Shown in pieces: positions 11,211 to 22,100 of a stretch of 64,000 bases of DNA. The translations under genes and the position numbers were made by a program. The stretch comes from Camelus ferus (taxonomy: Eukaryota), in NCBI RefSeq assembly GCF_009834535.1, contig NC_045707.1, forward strand, positions 48,610,001 through 48,674,000, given 5' to 3'. The first letter of the stretch is position 1. Each line of letters opens with the position of its first letter. The notes under the pieces were generated by a model. That model was not told where the DNA came from. It did not search any database and was given only the letters and a program-made list of their open reading frames with translations.

Positions 11211-12879
11211 CCATCTTATTTCTTCTTTTCCTCTACTAACTGGAAGATTTTTTTTTCTAACCCACTACTTCCCCAATGCTAGAATGAAAATTTAGGTGCC
11301 TTTCTTATGTTAAAAAGACACCTCTTTTTTTTTTCTCTAGTTTCTGTCTGATCACACATCTCTCCAGATACACTGGGCACAACTCCACGTGGAGAAAGAG
11401 AGGGGCATGAAAATGAATTACTAGGGAAAAAACAAATCTTATGAGATGCCTTAAAACATCATCCTTCCGTATCTCCTCAAAAAACCATGCCTCTGCAAAA
11501 TGATGTGGAGTTCTCTAGATGTTTGGCTTTTGTAGAAAGTGGGGAAGTGTCTTGAACCAGTTTCTCCAAGACATTAATTTCCTCTCTCAAAGCAGTTTAA
11601 GACAGCACGAGTGATACTTCCCCCAACTTCTCTAAGAGTCAAGTGAGTGAATGTAAATTGCTTTTTTTGAGGATAACTGCTTATTTCCTCAGGCATATTC
11701 CTGGGGTAGAGGACCCTCTCCCAAAGTTGGTTTTCCTCGTTCCTTTGGTTTATCTCTGCCTTGTCTTGCTGATCAGCCACTCTGCAGTGGGATTTGAGAC
11801 CTACCCATAGGCCAGCATGTGGCACTCCCTCTACTATTGTAGTTGGTTTACTAATTCCTTACCAAGGAATTTTACCTGTATTTTCTCAGAAAGCTGTTAA
11901 TATCCTTGTTCAACTCTCTTAATAAGAATAGTTTTCTTTCTAAATCATCCTATACATGAAAACTCACCCCTACCCCAGTGAAGTTCCTTTACTTGAACAG
12001 ATCTATTTTTTTCCTGCCCTTTGACTCTCCTGTTAGAATTTAGAAAGGAGGTGGGGTTCCTGCCAGCAGCTCTTTTTCTCTAATCCAGAAGTCCCCAGTG
12101 TAGAGCAATACACAGAACCTGACACTTTACCCTGACATCACAGCATTGCCTTTTGTGGGCTTCATTGCACTAAGCTGTGTTAGAGCTTAGAAAGTTCAAT
12201 TTCTGTAACACACTCTTAAAGCCAACTGAACACTGAAAAAGATTCTCCCACATCACTCTTCTGTCATCCACCTCGAAGCAGAGATCAAGAGCAAACCAGG
12301 ATCTTCCTGAACGTTAAAAAAAAAAAAAAAAAAAAAAAAGAGTGAAATCCAGTGGCATCATTATGAGAATATTTGAGGAGAGCCAAGTGCCAAGGGGAAG
12401 TGTCCACATGTCAAGTAGAATTTGCTTTTAATAATTGATTTATTCCATCATTACAAGTTTCCAGCTCTCTGGTTCCAAAGATTAGAGATGTACACACAGC
12501 TAACTCTATGGAGTTTTGCAGTGAATAGATTCCAGACCAGGTAAAAGCAAGGGGAACAAAATCTTCAGCTGGATGATAAGGCATAAATTTTGCATTTGGA
12601 CTTGATTGATTTGGGGGGCCAAAAATCTTGACTTAAATTTATCCTAAAGCTCTCTTCCTGGACAGAGTACCCAAACCAGGAAGTAGTATTTACAGAACAG
12701 CATACTTTTCCACTTTTCTTGTCCTAAACACTAAGCTTCTTAAAACGGCATTCCATTTTGGGTTGCTCCGGTCTTCAGCCAAAATTTGGGGATCTTGGTG
12801 ACAAAACTGATGCTTCTGCCCTTTCCCTTTATCATCTCCGTTAGACACCTTCCTTTCTTATATCCCTAACTTAGGAGGA

Positions 12880-13400
12880 GAGATTTTGGGTAGTTGTCCT
12901 CTGAATATCCATTCTCCACTCATTTCATAGTAATAGAACCCCAAACTAATTTGAGTCAGTACTGTATCCAGCTGAAAGACTACATCTCCCAGCATCCCTT
13001 TCAGCCAGATAAGACAAGTGACTATGTTCTAGCCAATGGTATTAAGTAGAATTTTCTGGTAAGGATTTTTAGGGAAGCTTCTTTTAAAAAAATGACATGC
13101 AACTAAGAAAAATCTGATTTTCCCTTCTGTTTTTCCTTCTTTCCATCTTGGCATGTAGAAATGATGCCTGGATGTTCTGTAGCTATTTTGGACTAGGAGG
13201 TGACCTTGAGGATAGAAGCCTCATGCAGAAGATGATGAAATGGAAAGATGGGAGAAGACTCCACTGAGATAGTTTAGCAGCCCTGGACTTTGCCTTCCGG
13301 GTTTATTTTACATGAGGAAGAATTCAATTTCCTTCTCTGTAGACAGCTGTTATTTCTAATCTCTGTTTCAAGCTGCCAGCACAATTCTTAATTTGTATAC
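12880..13400 (+). mobile_element. MLT1J/MLT1I-type MaLR LTR
   Basis: taatagaacccc...ccagctgaaagactacatctcccagcatccctttcagc...gtgactatgttctagccaatgg...gtgaccttgaggatagaagcc. Confidence 0.75.
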
Positions 13401-14689
13401 TGAGAGTGTCGAACAGGATCTAATGCAGGGTGGGTGATACTTACCTCTGTGGGTAATCGGGGAGGCACCTCAAGCTCTTACTTACAAAGCTAGAGCGAGC
13501 CCCCTTTCACTCTCAGAAATATATACTGGCCCTTTGGCATCCTAGACTTTCCTGACCTCCTCCCTGGTAATATTCACTTTCCTGAATGCGGTGTTTGCAG
13601 ATTGTGCACCTGCATTTCTGAATTAAATACTAGAAGTACAGGCTGCTACTATGACTGTCTATCATTGCCATTTGGAAAATTAAGCATTGCATATGAATTG
13701 TTGTTATGCCATAATCCAAAAAGTTCCCCACAGACTTTTCTGTGATGGAAAGTTTTGGGGCCAGAAATATTAACCTGAGAAGAGGATCGTATGTCTGACA
13801 TTCAGAAAAATCCCAGTTGGTGAACACTACGGGCAGGCCCATGCTTCTCTGGACTGAAAATGAGCATCTGAAGAGTGTGGTAGGATTAACACAGGGGCTT
13901 CAGGGAAGGAGGCAGAGAAGTAGGAATGAGCTCCAGCTGCATTTCACCTTTTCCTTCCCCCAGCCTGACTGGTAACTGAGAAATCCGAAACCTCTTATAG
14001 GAGCCACAATCCCCCTCCCTAAAAGCATTTATTCCCTTTAATTCATGGGTCCAAGCACACTGCTGGTCACTGATATTTTTTCAGATGTAGTGATTTCTCC
14101 TTTTGGGGCACTGTATATGCTTAGTGTTTTTCACAGGGCTTTGCCGGAATGGGCAATCACCAAAGGACAATTTCAAGCCTTTAATTTCAAGGCAGCTGAC
14201 ACCTCGAGGTGTTGTTATTTGTGTCCTTTCAGAGTTCTGCCAGGACTAATTATGTCACTAAAGAGACGAACACTGCAAAGTAATTCATATTCCCAATAAT
14301 CTTTTCCATTAATTAATGAACACTGACAGTGGTCAAAGAAATAATTATGAGCATCCTTTTAAGACTGAGAGAATCCCTCAGGGTATATGTATGTAAAAAA
14401 TTCATTTGCTTTTGTTTTGCCCTCATTGGTCATATGTATTTGATAATACCCAGTTCTCAGGGTCAACCTGATAACCAGTTGGTCTCAAAGACACTGTCCA
14501 AGGCCACTTGGTCTCAGGGTACACTTACAGGTCTGTGAAATTCTACGGTGTAGGAAGGTCTCAATATATCTGCATTTTGTCATCTTTCTTATGAACCACC
14601 ATGATGGTAGATGCCTGAGAGGTACCAGATGGAGAAACCAGGCAGTTCATTAGTATCCTCTGATTAGGATCGCCCAAGTCCTTGATTCC

Positions 14690-14890
14690 AAGCAATGCAA
14701 TTTTCGGAGTTCTAGCTTGGAACTGGCAAACCGTTATTCTTCTGCATTCTATTGGCCAGAGTAAGTCACATGGCTAACTCAGATTCAAGGAATGGGGAAA
14801 TAGACTGGATGGGAGGAGGTCCAAAGTCTCATTGCAAAGAACACAAAAAAGGGAGGCAAGAACAGCTGGGGCCATGCCTATGATCAGTCT
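14690..14890 (-). mobile_element. Old MLT1 (K/L-type) fragment
   Basis: ttggaactggca...ctgcattctattggccagagtaagtcacatggctaactcagattcaaggaatggggaaatagact. Confidence 0.7.
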
Positions 14891-15213
14891 AGTGCACTAA
14901 GATGGCATAAGGTGCCAAGGGAGCAGAGAGGACATGCCTATATTTCAGGAAAGGAAGTCAGGAGACATTTCCCAGAGGATATAATTTACAGGATTCATCT
15001 AGAATGGTAGTTGTCATTGATAAAGTGAACATACAAAACCAGGGGAGGGGATGGCCCTTCATGGCAGAAGGAGTGACCTAAGGAGGCATGAAATCAGGAC
15101 ACAGTACCTTTCTGAAAATGATACTGCTTGTGGTGGGCAAATGAAGGAGAGAAGCTCAAAACAAGTTTTTAGAATACAGTTTGGAAATTTCCTATTCCCT
15201 TAGTCAAAGGAAA

Positions 15214-15254
15214 TTGCTTGCTTGCTTGCTTGCTTTTCTTTTCTTTTCTTTTTT
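15214..15254. repeat. (TTGC)n-(TTTTC)n compound microsatellite
   Basis: ttgcttgcttgcttgcttgcttttcttttcttttctttttt. Confidence 0.9.
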
Positions 15255-16149
15255 GGATTATTTTGTTACCTTGTTGTTTGACTAAACGTAAATTTTTCTA
15301 TTCTCCTTGACATGCAGAAGCATAGGAAAACACACCTTGGAAGAATGTAATTATAGTCTTGCACTGTACACGGAAATGTCCTTTTGACAGAGTTGTCTGT
15401 ACTGCTATGTTTTGAAGGACTAATGATCACTTCTCCTGAGATGGCCCAGAAGGGAGCCATTTGGAATGAGCCATGTGTGGATTGATGACCATCAATCAGT
15501 CTGTCTAAAAAGCAGTTCTCTGAATGTCAGAGGATGCTGAGGAAGACTAGAAGGCATTTGAAAAGAGAAAAGTATGACTTCTGGGACATAAAGGTGTTTT
15601 TTTATCCCCCAAATACTCAATGTGATGAGAGCAAGGGAGAAAAAAAACTCCAGAAGTCGTTAACACACAGAACTGAAGGACAGATATGTAATACAGAAAT
15701 CAACAAAATGATTAGCCTAGATGACCTTTCGTGAAACCGTTCAGTTCTCATCATCTTCTGTTGACTCTTTAGATGATACACCATGATTTCAAATAATCTT
15801 AGTTTTCATAACTGCAAACAAAGTATCAAATTTTGTTATAACTTATGAAGTATTGGCTCCAAACCAGATTACTTTGTCATTTGTTCCAGACCTGGAATAT
15901 TTCCATAACTATAGGATGATACTGTTCTTTTTAAATAGTTTTATTTTTTTTTCCAGTGTTTTAACATTCCACATCTGGAATTTCTACCTCTATCCTATCC
16001 TCATCTTTTTCTCTGGTGTACCACTAGTATTTCTCTGAAACTTAATTCAAGTTTATTTTTTTCCTATATAAAATGTTTTCTGTCTCTGTGATCCCTCTCC
16101 ACCCCAACTTTGCAGAAATGAACTCTCTCCTTTTAAGTGCAAGCACCAA

Positions 16150-16350
16150 AGTCGGTATCAGTCTCTACTCCAGTATCTGTTATCACAACATATTGCATGT
16201 GTTACTGTCTGTCTTCACTATAAGACTGTGGTTTCCTCCAGAGTAAAGTCTGTGTTTTCTTGGTCTTTGTGTCCCCTCTCCCTATGGTGAGGATACAGCA
16301 GCCACCCCAGTACACACTCGTGGATGTGAGCTACGCATAAATGAGTGAGT
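16150..16350 (+). mobile_element. L2 3' end
   Basis: ctgtctgtcttcactataagactgtggtttcctccagagtaaagtctgtg...ataaatgagtgagtga. Confidence 0.6.
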
Positions 16351-16822
16351 GACTTTCAACTGCACGTGCAGCTTTGATTGAGATGCATCTGTTTCCCTAC
16401 CAAATATAAAAATATATTAACCTAGATTTCTTTTTTAATAATGTATTGTTTATAAAGCCCTTTTACATACTCATTCATTCAAACTGATGCTTAGAACAGT
16501 CACATCATCCCTGTTTTAAACATAAGAACACTCGGGTCCATAGGAAGTTATGTAGTTAGGTGAAAGAAAACTCAAAATATTCAGCTACAGCCTCACACTG
16601 TTGAGGGAAATAGCAACAGAACGGGAATGCACAGTGCAGTTAACTCTTTGTAACATAAAGTTTGGGTCATTTCTCTCTTTTTTTATTTTTGGATTCACTT
16701 TTCTTATGTACAAGTAAGGGAAGTAGACCAGGTAACTCCTGAGTTCCCTTCAACTCTACCTTTCTTAAGAAACCTAGTAACTCACACCGATTAAAACCTC
16801 GGCATCTGGGCGCCTCATTATC

Positions 16823-16841
16823 TGACCACCAGATGGCGCTG
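16823..16841 (+). promoter_or_regulatory. CTCF motif, forward orientation
   Basis: TGACCACCAGATGGCGCTG, near-perfect core, in a small patch that retains CpGs (16787-16870). Confidence 0.8.
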
Positions 16842-19739
16842 CAGCTCAACTCAGTGCCCGGGGCTGCGATCCCAGCATCTGAGGAAAGCTATGACCACGG
16901 CAATTTCCCACAGTCAGAAGTTTATGAAAGATATTGTATTACAGTTGAGAATTCACCACATCTTTTCCCAAATGTGACTTCCTGGATTTCCTTTGTTGAG
17001 AAAATGTTTAAGTTGCTAGCTGTCCTTAAACACAAGCAAGAGGAACAGCCAACTTGAGGCCATTCCTGGAACACAGATGAAGAAAGGCGCTCATGTGAAT
17101 GATGAAAGATGAAGTATAATATCCCTGCTAGGGCAACCTCACCGGCTGTAAAAATGCAAAGTTAAACTCTGTGGATCTTCATTAGACCCTAGACTTCATG
17201 ACTGCAGACATGGGTAGTTCATTGTTGAATCCCTAATAGATACGTACAGAGTGAATAAATGTGCTAAGCATCACTTGTTCATAGGAGCTCCTGTCCCCCA
17301 CCCTCCACAACTCATCTCTGGTTGTGAGAATGACTTATAGACTATTGTCTTGTAACATCTACTGCATCTTAAAATGCTTTGTTACAACAACTAGCCACTG
17401 CAGAAATTAGTGCCTGGATGTTGGTCATTATTATAACAAAAAACATGTGGCTATTGATTAGTGGTGCAACAGTGAATGGTAAACAAATAGCTATTCAGCC
17501 TGGAGACCTGGTGATGCTGGGATATACTTTGGCAAAACATCTGGTAAAAGTACAGCTTGTGATATTTGAGGCAGAACTTTTGCCTCCACAGCCTGTAGCT
17601 AACTCCAGGGGAACAGCTGAAGAAAAAGGGAAGTGACTTCTCCAAATGCATGCACATGGTTGGACTAGAACTTAAGTCTCTGGTTCATTGTTCTGAGTTA
17701 AATACGGAAGGAAGTGCCCCTGATCCCCCACGACCGGAATATATGCTCTTCTAAAAGGTGTTTAGCTCCACTTCATTTAAACTAAAATGTATTCCCATAG
17801 GATATGCAAATATTATTTGTTTGATGAATATTTTCTCGTTTCATCAGCATCATAAATATAAAGATACATTTCTTTGGGGATGTTAATAGATGAAATGAGA
17901 CTTACCAACTTACTTCACTGGTGACGTCCTGTTACTTGTCAACTAACAATGATTTGAAACAGAGCTGGAAAATGAGCACTGTAAGTGCCTTTGCTCCCCT
18001 ACCCTCCACCAAGGCCTCTGCAATCCTTCTCCTCCTCGTCTTTGTCATCAGTCAACAGACATGACTATTTCTTCAAAGCACTGTTTCACACTAAGCCTCA
18101 ACTTATTTTCAAAATCTTTCTCAACCCATCCTCTGGTCAGCTCTACTTACTAACAGGGTCAACATAGGATAGGAGATTAAATCCATTTGGCTTGTGGTGG
18201 GTCCAGGAGAGTTTACATTGAATAGGTACATTTTTAAGACAGAGTGACTCTAAAGGTAAAATTTCCCAGCATACAAGAAGACAGATGTGAAGGCAGCATT
18301 TCCACCATTTTCACAAAGCCAGCCAGGGACTTCCACCTCTTCCTACTGACAAAGATAGATCTGTGTTTGATTTCCCGTGAGTACCATCTATTTGAATTCC
18401 AAGGGTCTGAGATTTCACAGCCGTTTTCCAGGACCAGAAAACTATTTCATTTTAGCAGCTACAGCATTGACCTCACACTGAGTTGATAAATAGTGAGATT
18501 TGAGAGCGAACATTCAAGAATAACTACTATTTAGGATTTTGTAATTGTTCTCCTTAGCAAGATTTACGTGTGGCCAAGTGTGGCATTCCACTAGTATAAC
18601 GCCCTTCCATACCGATTCCCAGAACTGGAAAGCTCATCTTTGAAAAGTGAGGAACCATCATCATTCTTTGCATTTCACCTTGGCATTTGGCATTCACCTT
18701 GGAATTTTTTTTTCACTGTCTTTTTATTCCAGTTTTTCACTGACTATGGACTGCTAATACCATTATTTTGTTATTTCAAAGGAAAGAATGTTCTATTGCT
18801 TTGGGGGGAATATTCAGCAACCCAAGCCTACAATTAGTGTTTCTAGGCATATGCCAATTTCCATTTTTCCTTTTCATTTTAAATTGGAAGATCCCAAGTC
18901 AGTACACCAAAATCACTTTTTGTTTTTTTAAGGTTATTTGGACAGTACCTTTGTCAAAATTATTTAAATAGCTAATCAGAAAATATTTTTTCCTCTAAAT
19001 AAATCAAAATATCTCCCCTCTTGAGATCAAATTTATACTAGGAAACGTGAAAACTCACAAAGGCTAGAATTATGTAGTTTGAAGAAAAATATTTTTAAAA
19101 ACTATTGAATTTTACATTCTGGAAGGATTTACATGTTAGAGTATTTTAAACAGAATTCCAGATATCTTTTACTATAATACTATAGCTTTAGAAACAGGGA
19201 AGAAGAAAATTAAATTTGATTTAGTTTAATATTTTTGATTTAGGTTAATTCAAGAATTACAAATCAGTACCTACATTCTGTGCAACCTAAAATAAAAAGG
19301 ATATGCAAGATGTGCAATGAATTGCAACCTTCTGAAACTGATGGGCAGGCCCTAAGGTACCCAGCTCCCAAGAAAAGGGACAACAGGAGCTAAGAGCCTC
19401 TAGCCAAGTTCTGCAGGACTGGGTTTCACTGAGATTTTTAGGAGAGCAGCAGCAGTTAACCCTAATGATGTGATATTGGAGCCAAGGACTGTAGGAGAAA
19501 TTCATTTGTCTTTTACTTTCGCAACTAGCAATTTTATTAAGAATGCAAAATCTGTCTATCTGATAATGCTTTTTAGATTTGTCTCCAACTAATAAACCAA
19601 TGACTAGTTTGGTATAATATAACAAGGATTTAGGATACCTAGATCCATAACTATTTTGCAGTCTTCAGGCATCAGTAGAATTATCTCTCCTTACTCATGT
19701 GCGAAATGCAGAAGTTGGGTTACTCCTATGGTCTGAGAG

Positions 19740-19950
19740 TGGTTTAGTGAAGATAGCAGGAAACACTGAATTCAGTTAGATATATGTTAGAATTTCAGCT
19801 CTGCTGCATTTTCCACATAGTACTTCTGTCTTTATTTTTTGATAAATAAGTTGGAGGTAGGAATATCTACCTCCAAGCATTGGGAGGATTAAGGGAGTTA
19901 GCAGAAGTAAGGCTGCTGGCACACAGGGAAACAGGCAGCTGTTATCACCG
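19740..19950 (+). mobile_element. MIR
   Basis: gtggtttagtgaagatagcagg...ttagaatttcagctctgc...tatctacctccaagcattgggaggattaag...tggcacacagggaa. Confidence 0.7.
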
Positions 19951-20779
19951 CAGGTCTAATACTGCCCCTCTCTCTGCAGACGTCTTCTCTCAACTCTGTT
20001 CTACCACCACCATCATATTCCTAAATTCTCTGCGATTGGAAATGTCTTCAGTCTGTGTAGAGCTAGGTGAGACCCGTAGATCCACGAGCTGGAAAAGAGT
20101 AGAAATTTAAAAAAACAAACAAACCAACAATTGGGAAGTAAACTGTAGGAGGCACAGAATGAGGTCTGTATTTGAGGGAAGCACCTCCTCTGCTCCTTTC
20201 TCAACTGTGTCTATGGCAATAATTCCATCCATCCATTTGCTCACTCAATAAGCATTGATTAAGCTTTGACTATGTACCAGGTTCTTGTCGGTTTTCCCTG
20301 ACCTACTTCTTTCCTGAGCCAGTGTGGACTGAAAATTTGTTTTACGAGTTTAAGTGGTGAATATTTCGGTGCCAATTGTTATGTAATTATGATTTTCTCA
20401 TTTCTAAACACCAAGGCAGCTTTTCTTTATTTACCTCCAGACTATTACATGACATATGGTTTGTTCTTTGGATATTTTCTTCACACTTTCCTAATTAGAT
20501 TAACTTTGTCTTCAAACTCCTTGTTTAGAATATCTGCCAAGACTGTGTTCTGGTTTCTTGTATTTTTGAATGTGAAAATAAATCTATTCCAAGTTTTTGT
20601 GACCATTTCCTCCAGTCAGATCTTATCCCTTTTGCATTTGCTTTGAAAGGTGCTGCAACATATTAGGAACTCAAAAGTTCCCAGTATTGGGGGAATTGCC
20701 ACTTGAAAACAAAAAAAAAAAGGAGGATCTATGGAACTCTTTCATTGCTCATGTTTATAAAGTCTTGTGCATAAGACAG

Positions 20780-20980
20780 GCTAGTAGTGAAGATGCACAG
20801 AGTCTGGCCCCAGGGTTCATCAGTGATGTGTTATGAAAAAAGATGTGATAGCTCTGGCCCTCAGTTTCCACATCTTAAAAACTGGAAAATAATAATATCT
20901 TATTTCTCAATGAGAGTATTGAACAATAGAATTAGATAGATATGTATGAGAGCCTTGATAACTATAAAGTGCTTTCCAGC
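20780..20980 (+). mobile_element. MIR
   Basis: ctctggccctcagtttccacatcttaaaaactggaaaataataatatct. Confidence 0.75.
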
Positions 20981-21889
20981 AGGTATCAGCAGTTACCACG
21001 TCCTGTCTGAACTAGGCTAGACCACTAAAGATGGTCTGGATTTGAGCATTAGGGAGAATGATGACTTGGAATAGATTTGGGTTACTGGTGAGTCAGCAAA
21101 CAGACACTGCAAAGAATAAACACATGGTCAAGGATACCACCAAGCAGACCTGACTCCGGGGTCCCTCCATTTGCCTGCACAGAGGGGTGTCCTGTGCTAC
21201 AAAATCAGATCTAGCCGGCCTCATAGAGTAGGGACTCTACAGAAATAGAGCACCCAGGACTGTAGGACTCCCATCTTTCATGTGTCATTTTTCCTGGAGG
21301 GATGGGGAAGGGAGGTTGTGCACATTGGCACACAGTGGGAAGCCCTATCCGCAAAAGGAAGTTCTTGCTGCACCACGAATGCAGGCACCCACAAACCATT
21401 TCTTTCTGTGTTATGGGGACTTCTTGAAATTTCAGTCATCTGGCCAGTTTTATCTGATCACTGTGCCCTGCCGAGGGACTTCAGAGAAAAAGGAAGATTG
21501 AGGCTTTGACTTCAGCCTAAGGGAGGTTACTGAGTGTAAGCAGTAGGGGAAGACAAGGCGTGCAGGCAACCACCTAGTAAACATGAGACATGGCAGACAC
21601 ACAGATACAAAACCAAGCCTGAGTCTGGAGTAAATTAGACCAACAGTGGAGCTGTCACTTACTGATTCATTTATTTACCTGTTTATTTATTGCCCTTAGA
21701 TTCCTCCAGCTCTTCAGTCATGCGCCACTCTGAGCAGATTCTCCTCACCCCAGTTTCCCTCTCTGCCCTAGATTAAATTCATCACAGCTGCTTCAGGGAC
21801 CATAAATGCCCACTGTCCACAGTCTGCACTGATCTTCAAGATCAGTCTCCCAAGGTACCGAATACCTGTCCATGAAATGCAAGGCAATA

Positions 21890-22100
21890 GCATTTAAGGG
21901 AAAAAACTGTTGACTTCAGAATCACATTGACCTGAGGATGAACCTTGGTTTATCGCTTGCTGGAGGGTTTGGGGCAGATAATCCAATCTTCCTGATTTTA
22001 TCTCCCTGCTCTTAAACAGGCTTGGTGAATCCTAACTCAGAGGCTGGTGTGAGCACTACATGTAAATTTTATGTGAAATGTACATGGTAGGTTGTCAACA
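21890..22100 (+). mobile_element. MIR
   Basis: gacttcagaatcacattgacctgaggatgaaccttgg...cctaactcagaggctggtgtgag...catggtaggttgtcaacaaat. Confidence 0.6.

Noticed and set aside
10716..11295. ORFs 10716-10940 and 11026-11295 as genes
   Set aside because: They are sense and antisense readings of a truncated L1.
12250..12345. Processed pseudogene ending in A24
   Set aside because: No AATAAA before the tract, no convincing TSD and no recognisable parent mRNA.
13438..13446. U1 snRNA pseudogene (ATACTTACCT)
   Set aside because: Similarity stops after about 10 nt. It is better read as a minus-strand splice donor.
15266..15510. Minus-strand coding exon (ORF 15266-15460)
   Set aside because: Splice sites are only moderate and the peptide is not recognisable.
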